Part shown: one piece after another, positions 20,799 through 30,304 of the stretch
How positions within the stretch are numbered: position 1 is the first letter of the stretch
Layout: each line of letters starts with the position of its first letter
Assembly: GCA_041389065.1 (NCBI GenBank)
Contig: JAWKSM010000003.1
Span: 17,595-81,594 of the forward strand
DNA from: Minisyncoccota bacterium
Lineage (GTDB): Bacteria; Patescibacteriota; Minisyncoccia; Phycocordibacterales; CSBR16-119
Length of the DNA: 64,000 nucleotides
Direction of reading: 5' to 3'
The notes under the pieces: model-generated
The model's input: the letters and a program-made list of their open reading frames with translations, nothing else
Told to the model about the DNA's origin: nothing
Databases searched by the model: none
Program-made: the position numbers and the translations under genes

Positions 20799-21722
20799 AT
20801 GTTTGATTTAATAATTATCGGTGGCGGACCAGCTGCCGCTTCAGGGGCGGTTTACGCAGCAAGAAAACAACTAAAAACATTACTTATCGCAGGAGAATTT
20901 GGAGGACAATCTGTTGTTTCAGACAAAATTTTTAACTGGATAGGAACTCCGGAAATCTCTGGACAAGACTTGGCGAAAAGTTTTAAAGAACACGTAAAAT
21001 ATTACGAGGGAGAATTTTTGCAAATCAAAGAAGGTTCTTTGGTAGAAAGTGTTTTGAAAAACGACGACGGATTTTCTGTGAAAACAAACAAAGGAGAATC
21101 TTTTGAAACGAAGACTGTTCTTGTTGCATCTGGAAGCTCTCGAAGAAAATTACCTAATTCTGTTTCAAAAGCTGACGAACTTGAACACAAAGGACTCACT
21201 TACTGCGCAACTTGCGATGGTCCACTTTTCTCTGGGATGGATGTCGTAGTTTTGGGCGGAGGAAATGCGGGCTTTGAAACAGCAGCACAACTTTTAGCTT
21301 ATACAAAAAGTGTGACATTAATACACCGAAGCGCTGAATTTAAGGCTGACAAGATTACAGTGGATAAAGTTTTAAGTCACCCAAACATGACTGGAATTCT
21401 GAACGCAGAGGTTACAGAAATATTGGGAGATAAATTTGTTTCTGGAATTAAATTTAAAGTAGACGGCGAAGAAAAAATTCTAGACGCAAAAGGTATTTTT
21501 GTTGAGATTGGACAAATTCCAAATACAAATTTCCTAGAAGGCGTTTTAACTTTAGACGAATACAAGAGAGTTAAAATTGACCCTTGGAGAAAATCTTCTG
21601 AAGTTCCAGGCATCTGGGCGGCAGGAGATTGTACAAATATCCTCTATCATCAAAACAACATTGCTGCCGGAGACGCCGTGACAGCAATTGAAGATATTTA
21701 TATGTATCTTCATACAAAATAA
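20799..21722 (+). CDS. trxB: thioredoxin-disulfide reductase
   Basis: IIIGGGPAAASGA (FAD-binding), the CATCDG redox centre, and VLGGGNAGFE (NADPH-binding). Confidence 0.9.
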   Translation: MFDLIIIGGGPAAASGAVYAARKQLKTLLIAGEFGGQSVVSDKIFNWIGTPEISGQDLAKSFKEHVKYYEGEFLQIKEGSLVESVLKNDDGFSVKTNKGESFETKTVLVASGSSRRKLPNSVSKADELEHKGLTYCATCDGPLFSGMDVVVLGGGNAGFETAAQLLAYTKSVTLIHRSAEFKADKITVDKVLSHPNMTGILNAEVTEILGDKFVSGIKFKVDGEEKILDAKGIFVEIGQIPNTNFLEGVLTLDEYKRVKIDPWRKSSEVPGIWAAGDCTNILYHQNNIAAGDAVTAIEDIYMYLHTK

Positions 21723-21724
21723 AA

Positions 21725-22642
21725 TTACTTTTTGTAGTATTTATTTTTGATATCCAAAAGTGCAGAATTTAAATCTTCAAATTTAAAAATAAAACCTGAT
21801 TTTTTAATTTTTGAAGAATCAATTCTCTGTCCTCCCAAAAGCGCATTTGCAAATTCCCCTTTTACAATCTTTGCAACAAAAGCTGGAACAAAAAGTGTAA
21901 AATAAAATCCGAAAACTTTTTGAATGCTTCTCATAAAAGTTTTTTGGTTTATTGGATTACCCGCGCTTGTATTATACGCGCCAGACATTTTTTCATTTTC
22001 AAGTGCAAAAATATATTGCGATACCAAATCTTCCACATGAACCCACGGCATGTATTGTGATCCACTTCCAAAATATCCGCCAAAACCAATCTTAAAAAGA
22101 TTAATCATTTCTGCCAAAATTCCACCACGACCCAAAACGTGCGATGTTCGAAGTGCCACAACTCTTGCACCGAGCTTTTCAAAATTAAAGGCTTCTTTCT
22201 CCCAATCAACACAAATCTTTGCCAAAAAATCCTCGCCCGAGGGAGAATTTTCAGAAAGAAGCATATCTTTCCCATCCCCATAAAAACCAACAGCCGAAGC
22301 AGAAACAAAAACTTCTGGTTTTAAGTTTTCTTTTTCAAAAGATTTCAACGAGTTTTTTGTTGTCTCGATCCTACTATCTCGCAAAATCTTTTTATATTCT
22401 TTTGTCCATTTTCCTGAAATCGGTGCGCCGGCAAGATTTACAACAGCATAAACACCCTCTAAAACTTCTCTTGATATAAGTTCTTTATCAAGCGCTATTT
22501 TATAAAATTTTACCCTTTCATTTTTGGGTGGAGCAATATCTATCACAGAAACTTCATAACCTTTTTCCAAAAGCTTTTCTGACAAAACACTTCCCACAAA
22601 CCCCGACCCACCGGTTATTAAAATCTTTTTCATTAAAAACAT
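21725..22642 (-). CDS. NAD-dependent epimerase/dehydratase family protein (YfcH-like)
   Basis: ILITGGSGFVGS Rossmann motif. The C-terminal GGQRIDSSKIKKSGFIFKF resembles the YfcH-type tail. I chose the start at an internal ATG. Confidence 0.7.
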   Translation of the reverse strand: MFLMKKILITGGSGFVGSVLSEKLLEKGYEVSVIDIAPPKNERVKFYKIALDKELISREVLEGVYAVVNLAGAPISGKWTKEYKKILRDSRIETTKNSLKSFEKENLKPEVFVSASAVGFYGDGKDMLLSENSPSGEDFLAKICVDWEKEAFNFEKLGARVVALRTSHVLGRGGILAEMINLFKIGFGGYFGSGSQYMPWVHVEDLVSQYIFALENEKMSGAYNTSAGNPINQKTFMRSIQKVFGFYFTLFVPAFVAKIVKGEFANALLGGQRIDSSKIKKSGFIFKFEDLNSALLDIKNKYYKK

Positions 22643-22712
22643 TTTACCACGCACGAAAATTAAAACGAAAGAACCCCGCGACATGCGTCGCGGGGTTCTC
22701 AATAGGATCTCA

Positions 22713-23135
22713 TCAATCTAGCTCACCCAAAATCCCACAGATGAGACCAAACCACACAAAACCGAATATTAACCCAAGCTGAATAGCAAAGGTAATGTCA
22801 AAAGTTTCAACAAGGGCATTCTGAAACACAAGTTCTAAAAAGAAGAACGCCACCCCAGCCACCAGACCCAGGGTTAGTCCGTAAACCAAACCATAAGTGC
22901 CACGATAAGGCTTTAGCGGCCTCTTAATGAAAAACCGCATCAAGCTAATAGCAACCACGGAGGATGATATGTATGCACATACAGCCCAACCAATTATCGA
23001 TACAATACTTTCTTTATTAGTGGAAGCACTCTTGAAGTATTCAACAAACCATATCGTAAACCAGAGTGCTAATGCGGCAATCGCGAGAAACACGATGTTT
23101 ACCTGAGAAGTACGAGTGAGCTGCTTGGTGTTCAT
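22713..23135 (-). CDS. hypothetical integral membrane protein
   Basis: 140 aa with four hydrophobic segments. Confidence 0.5.
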   Translation of the reverse strand: MNTKQLTRTSQVNIVFLAIAALALWFTIWFVEYFKSASTNKESIVSIIGWAVCAYISSSVVAISLMRFFIKRPLKPYRGTYGLVYGLTLGLVAGVAFFFLELVFQNALVETFDITFAIQLGLIFGFVWFGLICGILGELD

Positions 23136-23200
23136 TTTTATTTTTTTGTGTTTAGCTTCTGGCTAAACTGTTGTACTTTGATTCTAAAAAAATTGTACTA

Positions 23201-24625
23201 TTATTTAACCCAAGTTTCAATATACCCCTTAACATCAAACTTCCCTTCACATCCGCCACGAGACATATATCGCACTGTTCCAAAAATTGGTCGCGGAAAC
23301 CAGGCTCTGTCATGAACCCCACCAATAGACCAAGCAATCCCTGCGTACCCATTTGGGTCACGTCCGTCGAGTTCATATTTGTCATTTAGATAAATCGCAA
23401 TCTTCATCGCGTCTTCAGGCGACTTTGTCCATTCCAAAATTTTCTTCGCCCAATACATTCGCATATATCCGTGCATTTTTCCTGTCTTTACCATTTGTAT
23501 TTGTGCGGCGTTCCAAAGATCATCGTGAGTCTTTCCTTCTTCAAACTGCTTTTTAGTATAAATATATTCCCTTTTATCTTTCTCGCCTTTTTCTAAAGAT
23601 TTTTTCGCCCAACCAGGAAAACATTTTGTGTTGTCGTAATCTTTATCATAAAAACAAAAGTTATCAGAAAGTTCACGACGAACAACAAGCTCTTCGAGAA
23701 ACGCCCCAGCGTGGTCTATTAGTGTTAATTTTCTACCTTCGGGAACTTTTGCTTTGTTTTTTGTGTGATGAATTATTTCTGTAATATTTTTCTTAGCAAT
23801 TTTTACCACTTCGAGCGCAACTCTTTGCGGAGCCACCATTCCGTAGTGTAGATAAGGCGAAAGATTTGACTGTGCGTTTTCATTTGGGTCATTTCGAAGC
23901 TCTGCGTAATTGTGAATTCCGTCTTTTAAAAATTTCTTTAGAATTTTATGTGCTCCGTCTTCTCCTGCCTCCGCCCAAGAAATTTCAGAAAGCGCACTTT
24001 CTATCTTCTTTTTATTTAAAAGTTTTTCAAAATCATCGCCTTTTACCCTTTCTTTTAAATCATATTTTGAAGAAGAAAGTTTCGGGAATTCGTCCAAAAA
24101 TTCTGGAAGAAGTTTGTGAATTTTTGGACGAATAGTATACGCCCCGTATTCTTTTTTATTTGATACGATCCAAGCTGGAACAATATTGTGCGCATCCACG
24201 CCAAAAAAAGCGACTTTTAAATTTTTGCGAACGTATTCATTCCAAGATCTCGGCAACTTTAGCGGGTAGAAATCTGTAACAACAGCTCCGGCAGAAATCT
24301 TCTCTGCAAAATCCTTCACAAGCTTTCCGCTTTCTTTTCCATTTTTATCCACCAAAACAAAAAATGAAATATTCTTCTTTGCCAAATCTTCTTTGATTTT
24401 TTGCAACGTAGAAATTTTAAAAGCAAGCTGTCTATTTTGCCCGCCCAAAAATCCTGGAACCAAATTATATACAACAACAACTGAGACTTTTCGTTCGTCT
24501 GCTAAACTTTTTGCATACAAAAAAGACCAATTATCTTGGACTCGCATTTCACGATTCATCCAATACAAAACTGGTCCTTTTGAAATTTCTTTATTATTTA
24601 ATTTTAATACACGTTTTTCATTCAT
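23201..24625 (-). CDS. phr: deoxyribodipyrimidine photolyase (class II type)
   Basis: MRMYWAKKILEW...DGRDPNGYAGIAWSIGGVHDRAW...RYMS is the class II CPD photolyase C-terminal signature. Confidence 0.85.
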   Translation of the reverse strand: MNEKRVLKLNNKEISKGPVLYWMNREMRVQDNWSFLYAKSLADERKVSVVVVYNLVPGFLGGQNRQLAFKISTLQKIKEDLAKKNISFFVLVDKNGKESGKLVKDFAEKISAGAVVTDFYPLKLPRSWNEYVRKNLKVAFFGVDAHNIVPAWIVSNKKEYGAYTIRPKIHKLLPEFLDEFPKLSSSKYDLKERVKGDDFEKLLNKKKIESALSEISWAEAGEDGAHKILKKFLKDGIHNYAELRNDPNENAQSNLSPYLHYGMVAPQRVALEVVKIAKKNITEIIHHTKNKAKVPEGRKLTLIDHAGAFLEELVVRRELSDNFCFYDKDYDNTKCFPGWAKKSLEKGEKDKREYIYTKKQFEEGKTHDDLWNAAQIQMVKTGKMHGYMRMYWAKKILEWTKSPEDAMKIAIYLNDKYELDGRDPNGYAGIAWSIGGVHDRAWFPRPIFGTVRYMSRGGCEGKFDVKGYIETWVK

Positions 24626-24626
24626 T

Positions 24627-25139
24627 TTAGAAATTATCTGGCAGACAGAAATTATTTATTGCGGATCTTGTGTTTGGTCCAACAATACCATCCACCAAAA
24701 GTTTGCTCTCCTCTTGGCGACCACCATTTAAAACTGATTGCAATCTTTTCACACCAATTTCAGTCAAAGGTCCAAAAATTCCATCTATTGGCCCCGAAGC
24801 CTCGAAATATTCGGCCTTGAAAAGATTATTTACAAAACCTTGAAGCTTGGAAACTTCTGTAACAACACCCTTGTTGTATGAACTATACAATCCGTCTTTG
24901 TCTTTTGTCTTCATAAAATCTACAAAAAGTGCATTGTCACAAATATTATACGGACTATTTTCCGACTTAAACATTGCTGGAAATCTTTCAACAATTTTAT
25001 AAGCTTCTTCGTATTTACCCATTTCTACAAGATTTCTAAATCGTGCATATGCAGTTGTGCCCGTCGAAGTTCCGCCAGAAGAAACACTGCATTCGTCAGT
25101 ATTAAAAGTTTTATCTTCTCCATATCTATACACCATCAT
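24627..25139 (-). CDS. peptidoglycan-binding domain ORF; probably the C-terminus of the upstream NHL-repeat protein
   Basis: DGIFGPLTEIGVKRLQ...DGIVGPNTRSAIN is PG_binding_1-like. Its N-terminus (VYRYGEDKTFNTDEC) continues the TTYHYR..YG..TF module, which is interrupted by a stop at 25140. Confidence 0.7.
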   Translation of the reverse strand: MMVYRYGEDKTFNTDECSVSSGGTSTGTTAYARFRNLVEMGKYEEAYKIVERFPAMFKSENSPYNICDNALFVDFMKTKDKDGLYSSYNKGVVTEVSKLQGFVNNLFKAEYFEASGPIDGIFGPLTEIGVKRLQSVLNGGRQEESKLLVDGIVGPNTRSAINNFCLPDNF

Positions 25140-27450
25140 AATTTATCGACCAAAAGATCGATAATGATAAGTTGTACCACAATTAACAGTATGCAGACAT
25201 ACTAAAACCTAAGTTAAATTTTTGAACCCTAGTATTTCCAGTATCTACAACATACATGTTTCCCAGAGAATCAATATCCATACCCCACGGAGAACTGAAT
25301 TCTCCATCACTGGCTGAACCACCAGAACCGAATTGTGATCAATAATTTCCATCTGAATCAAATTTTTGAATACGGTTATTATTTGAATCCGTAACATATA
25401 TATCACCTGATAACCTATCGAAATATCATAAGGACCATTAAATTCTCCATCTTCTGAACCAGATGAAGAGCCGAATTCAGATGACAATGTAATTTCCATC
25501 TGAGTCGAATTTTTGAATCGCGTACTATTACCAGTATCTACGACATATATATTATCAGAAGAATCAATTACAATTTCAGAAGGAATGCTAAACTGCCCAT
25601 CACCAGATCCATTTGAACCAAACTGTGAAATATAGTTTCCATCTGAGTCGAATTTTTGAACCGACTAGTTATCTGAATCCACTACATAAATATTTCCCAA
25701 ATTGAATCAATATCCATACCCCAAGGAGTAACAAACTGTCCGTCGCCAGATCCAGACGACCCAAATTGTGAGATATAATTTCCATCTGAGTCGAATTTTT
25801 GAACGCGATTACCAGCATAATCCACCACATAAAGATTACCCAATGAATCAATTTCAATATCTATTGGACCATCAGATTCTCCATCACCTGAGCCGAACAG
25901 AGCCGAACTGTGAAATATAATTTCCATCTGAGTCGAATTTTTGAATATTTAAATTACTATAATCAACTACATATAAATTATTTTCAGAATCAACTTTTAT
26001 ATCAATTGGATAATTAAACTGCCCATCACCAGAACCAGTGAACCAAAAACTGTAAAAAAGTCAGGAGTTACCAACTTCAGAGTAACGTCTTCGACCATAA
26101 CTTATTGTTTCTCCAAACTGAAAACCGTAACTTCATACATCTGAAAGGAAATTTAGAAATATCCATTTAAAGTCGGCAGAACTCTGGTTAGTGTTTGTCG
26201 CATCGAGAGTGCCAACCTCTGGCACCACACAAGAAAGAGTGCTGAAAGTTTCATCATCTCCATAACCTGTTCCAGTGTCGTTTGTGGCAAAGGCGCGATA
26301 ATGGTATGTAGTACCACAAGTTAGAGAAAGAGTTGAAATATTAAAACTTAAATTAAATTTTTGCACACGACCATTATTACTGAAACATAGACATTTCCCG
26401 AATTATCAACTTCAATACCTTAGGAATTGAAGATACCCGTCCATCGCCAGATCCAGACGACCCAAATTGTGAGATGTAGTTTCCATCTGAATCGAATTTT
26501 TGAACGCGGTTATTAGCAGAATCTGTCACATAAATATCACCAAAAACACTGTCTATAGATAGTCTTTGTGGACTATTAAACTGCCCATCACCAGACCCAG
26601 ACGACCCAAATTGTGAAATGTAGTTTCCGTCTGAGTCGAATTTTTGAATGCGATTATTAGCAGAATCAACAACATAAATATTTCCTGATGAATCAAAATC
26701 AAACCCTACAGGAAAACTAAACTGCCCGTTACCTGAACCATTTGAACCAAATTGCGAGATGTAATTTCCATCTGAATCGAATTTTTGAATTCTGTGATTA
26801 CCCGCATCGGTCACATAAATATCGCCTGATTCATCAAACAAAATGTCCCAGGGATCATTTAGCTGTCCATCACCAGAGCCACCAGAACCGAACTGCGAAA
26901 TATAATTTCCGTCTGAATCAAATTTTTGAATTCTATTATTACCTGAATCAACAACATAAATATTTCCCAATGAATCTAAGATCCCTAAGGTGATGCAGTA
27001 GCTGACCTACTTGAAATTGTCCATCGCCAGAACCAAAGGTTCCAAATTGTGAGATGTAGTTTCCATCTGAGTCAAATTTTTGAACACGGTTAAGGTATGC
27101 ATCTATGGCATAAAAATTTCCCGAAGAATCTATGACTATATCATAAGGAAAACTAAACTGCCCGTTACCTGAACCAAATGATCCTATTTTTGAAATATAA
27201 ACATATTCAATTTCATCTCCAGTTAAGTGTTGCCGTAACTTGCCGTTAGTCCATATTCATAGCCAACCTGAGTAATATTAGAATCTCCAACGTTTGATAT
27301 GATTGCATTTAACTGGGCAGATGTTTTTGTTATAGGGGTGGCTGAACTCGTGATAATTACTGGTATTATTGCAGACGAAACAAAAACTTTCTTGTATAAA
27401 AATACAGAAGAAAAAATAAGTACCAATAATACTATATGTTTTACACGCAT
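25140..27450 (-). pseudogene. secreted NHL-repeat beta-propeller protein with Fn3-like modules; heavily frame-broken as sequenced
   Basis: The signal-like N-terminus MRVKHIVLLVLIFSSVF starts at 27450. More than ten copies of GNIYV.D..NNRIQKFDSDGNYISQFGS.GSGDGQF occur across all three frames. TCGTTYHYRAFATNDTGTGYG modules lie at ~26133-26366 and ~25150-25200. Confidence 0.8.
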
Positions 27451-27531
27451 TATTCATATATTTTACAACATTTAAAAGATTTTCTTTAGAGTTTTTTAAA
27501 GAAAATGTGGATAGCAAAAATTATCCTGTAT

Positions 27532-28035
27532 TTAAATTTTACAAAGATTTTTATTCTCCTCGTCTAGCGGCCTCGATAACAGCAACATCGATTTTTGCAT
27601 TGTCATCATTGCGTCAAAAACACGCTTTGATTCTTCCCCGCCGGCGCTCATTCCTTCTGTCAGAGCGCGTGGAGTAATTTGCCAAGAAACACCCCATTTA
27701 TCTTTACACCAACCACAAGCGCTTTCTTGCCCGCCATTTTCTACAATAGCATTCCAATATTTATCAGTTTCTTCTTGATCTTCTGTCGCAATCTGAAAAG
27801 AAAAAGCTTCGCTTTGTTTAAAAGTAGAACCACCATTTAGACCAACACAAGGAACTCCGCAAACTGTAAAATTTACAGTCAGAGCGTCGCCCTTCTTACC
27901 TCCTGGAAAATCTGACGGCGCATAAAAAATATTTTTTACTTCACTATCAGGAAAAATTGATGAATAAAATTTTGCCGCCTCCTCTGCGTCTTTTTCAAAC
28001 CAAAGACAAATCGTATTTTTATTTTGTATTTTCAT
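27532..28035 (-). CDS. VOC/glyoxalase-superfamily protein (PhnB / 3-demethylubiquinone methyltransferase-like domain)
   Basis: ICLWFEKDAEEAAKFYSSIF...CGWCKDKWGVSWQITP. The C-terminus is frameshifted in an A-run, because the alternate frame reads QKIDVAVIEAARRGE*. Confidence 0.7.
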   Translation of the reverse strand: MKIQNKNTICLWFEKDAEEAAKFYSSIFPDSEVKNIFYAPSDFPGGKKGDALTVNFTVCGVPCVGLNGGSTFKQSEAFSFQIATEDQEETDKYWNAIVENGGQESACGWCKDKWGVSWQITPRALTEGMSAGGEESKRVFDAMMTMQKSMLLLSRPLDEENKNLCKI

Positions 28036-28258
28036 GGGCTTATTATATCAGGTTTTGGGTTTTTAATTGTTAGCCGTCTCGAGCTAGAACCTTTTTATTC
28101 ATTACCCCATAAGATTATTTATTACCTTTTCAAGATATCACAAACACTACTCGGCGAGTATGCAATAAAACTATTAGTCTGCATAGACCTATTCCATTTC
28201 TCTGTGGTTTGTGTAATATAAAGTTCAGAAACACTGAACACAATTAAAACAACATAGC

Positions 28259-28966
28259 ATGGAAACCACGATTAAACCTTTTGACATCGAGGCAATGGCT
28301 AAGGACCTTGAAATTCCAATATGGGAGATCAAGGCACAGCTAGGATTGCCTCCTGACGATGGTCGCGAAGCATTTACAATAGGGGAAGCTCAAAGTGCTG
28401 TCGCTAGAAGCCAGCCTGGATCAAATGAACGGGATATGGCAATGAACAAATGGATCGATCTGTGCACTACAGCCGATGAAATCCAGGAAGCTTTCAATAG
28501 CACACCTGAGGAATCTAAGGCTCGAGCAAGAGCATTAGATAAATGGATCCGCCTTTGTACCACGGTTCCTGATATCAGTAGAGCACACCACAATTCTGTT
28601 CCGGACTCCGAAGAGCGCAGAGCTGCATTCGAGAAATGGCTCAGTCTTTGCACTGAGGTTCACGAGGCTCAAGATGCAAGCACTCAATATCCAATTGGAT
28701 CTGAAGAACGTGAGATGGCATACAAGAGGTGGATTGAGCTTTGTAATAATCCCACTAGCGCCAAGAAAGCTCATGACAAGATGCCGCTTGGAACTAAAGT
28801 CCGTGCTTTAGCACTAGAAAGATGGGAGGAACTTTCGACGGCTGAAGTAGAGGGTGCAACCGAGTTCCTCGAGGTTAAGCATGCTTACGCAAAGATGCCT
28901 CCAGATTGCAAGGCTAGGAGCGTAGCAATGAAGAAACTTGCACGTTTCTACGGCTACACCGAGTAA
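28259..28966 (+). CDS. hypothetical helical-repeat protein (GC-rich island)
   Basis: Five tandem units of about 31 aa have the pattern R..A..KWI.LCT........A....P..SEE. I recognise no known family. Confidence 0.6.
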   Translation: METTIKPFDIEAMAKDLEIPIWEIKAQLGLPPDDGREAFTIGEAQSAVARSQPGSNERDMAMNKWIDLCTTADEIQEAFNSTPEESKARARALDKWIRLCTTVPDISRAHHNSVPDSEERRAAFEKWLSLCTEVHEAQDASTQYPIGSEEREMAYKRWIELCNNPTSAKKAHDKMPLGTKVRALALERWEELSTAEVEGATEFLEVKHAYAKMPPDCKARSVAMKKLARFYGYTE

Positions 28967-28986
28967 GGCAACACCTGCTCGAACGA

Positions 28987-29009
28987 AGAGCCGCCCAATG
29001 GGTGGCTCT
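28987..29009 (+). terminator. intrinsic terminator
   Basis: AGAGCCGCCC-AAT-GGGTGGCTCT followed by TTTTTG. Confidence 0.75.
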
Positions 29010-29233
29010 TTTTGTTTCCTTAATTTTCTCTATCATTTACTTTTATTCTCCTGATAATTTAAATCTTACAGATACAAAAACAGCCCCCAAAGGAGCTATT
29101 TTTTATGCTTCTAGCACTAGCTGTTGAAGGTGAACCAAGCACTTGGTTTTCAGAACTAATAGGAAGCTATCCTTTAATTAAGACAAGTATTGCTGATTTT
29201 CAGGGTTTGAGTTTGGTCCTGGCTTAAAGCAAA

Positions 29234-29261
29234 ACAGGCGCCTCCTTTCGGAAGCGCCTGT
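29234..29261 (-). terminator. intrinsic terminator of the 29266 gene
   Basis: ACAGGCGCCTCC-TTTC-GGAAGCGCCTGT, with an A-run on the plus side (a T-run on the minus strand). Confidence 0.7.
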
Positions 29262-29265
29262 CATT

Positions 29266-29916
29266 TTACTTGCTTACTCGTGGACGCACGAACACGAACT
29301 CATCCGTTTCGTAGCCTCGATACTCCTTGTTTCCTGGTCCATGCTTCAGAGCCTTCTTGAAGCCGTAGCATGTTACCAGAAGCACCGCGTTCATCTCGGT
29401 AGTGGCATCAAATATATCCTGGGTGGCCACCACAAGGGTTTCCCCTTCTGCAGGATAGTTGTGTTGTGGGCAGATCCGCAGACCTGTCTCACTTGGACAA
29501 CACTTGAGACCGAGCTCCTTCGCTCGAGCGAATACTTCTCCGAGAGATGCATCGGTTGCGAGCCCCAGGTTCTCCTTGGTTGCTAAGACAAGATCTATCA
29601 TCCTTGTCTCAACATCAAGTCCGATACCTGTTTGTATCAACTCCAGTGTCTTGGCATTAACATACCAGTTGGATGCTTCTAAGGCATGAAGAATGCCACG
29701 AAAATCGCTTACGCCGCCGACCATCAGGGTCATGAACGTGGCGGAATGGTATCTAATTCGCTCTACGATCACGTAAGTCCCTGTCAGCAGTCCTCGTATT
29801 TGTTCCTTCTTGAGTTGGTTGAGGAACTTAAGCCATTCAAAAAGGCTAAACTGCCAAACATCCCACTTCGCCCATTTGGCAAACATAGTGCCTAGGGTTT
29901 TGATCTCTGTGCTCAT
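29266..29916 (-). CDS. hypothetical protein (GC-rich island)
   Basis: The ORF is 226 aa from the GTG at 29946; the ATG at 29916 is more plausible. No motif recognised. Confidence 0.55.
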   Translation of the reverse strand: MSTEIKTLGTMFAKWAKWDVWQFSLFEWLKFLNQLKKEQIRGLLTGTYVIVERIRYHSATFMTLMVGGVSDFRGILHALEASNWYVNAKTLELIQTGIGLDVETRMIDLVLATKENLGLATDASLGEVFARAKELGLKCCPSETGLRICPQHNYPAEGETLVVATQDIFDATTEMNAVLLVTCYGFKKALKHGPGNKEYRGYETDEFVFVRPRVSK

Positions 29917-30169
29917 CGATCTTGGTTTTATGCTAGCGGGCCTCACTACAAGCGTAGGTTTGCCATAGCCAGGAAAGGCCTAAAATAAGCCTCTTTTGGC
30001 TATGGCAAAGCAAGTAACTTATAAAAGAAATCTGGTGTGATATTACTATTTAATTTTAGATTAGTCAAGTATTTGTTACCCTGAGTCATTACTCGGAAAC
30101 CCACGGTTTTCCGACGGCTTCGCCTGCCTTCCTCCACGGAAAAACAAATGATGTCCCGACCCCTTTCGT

Positions 30170-30245
30170 CCCCGTAGGGTCACAGCTTCTTGACAGTAAA
30201 AATCGCCTTAATGGCGATTTTTACTGAAGCTGTGACCCTACGGGG
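30170..30245. repeat. nested inverted repeat that includes an antisense copy of the tRNA-Glu 3' end
   Basis: CCCCGTAGGGTCACAGCTTC (30170-30189) is the reverse complement of 30226-30245, which covers the last 13 nt of tRNA-Glu plus 7 nt of trailer. The inner hairpin is AGTAAAAATCGCC-TTAAT-GGCGATTTTTACT. Confidence 0.9.
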
Positions 30246-30304
30246 AATCGAACCCCGATTCTCACATTGAAAACGTGATGTCCTAACCGTTAGACGATAG
30301 GGCC
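30233..30304 (-). tRNA. tRNA-Glu (UUC)
   Basis: GGCCCTATCGTCTAACGGTTAGGAC... The anticodon loop is TTTTCAA and the T-loop is GGTTCGATTCC. The acceptor stem pairs over 7 bp with one G-U. CCA is not encoded. Confidence 0.9.

Noticed and set aside
25250-27200. Periodic ~126-nt DNA repeats that could be mistaken for a CRISPR or other non-coding array.
   Set aside because: The repeats are contiguous with no unique spacers, are degenerate, and translate into NHL beta-propeller blades.
29105-29227. A 40-aa ORF (MLLALAVEGEPSTWF...) in the spacer between the two island genes.
   Set aside because: It is too short, has no ribosome-binding site or motif, and I cannot support it from sequence alone.
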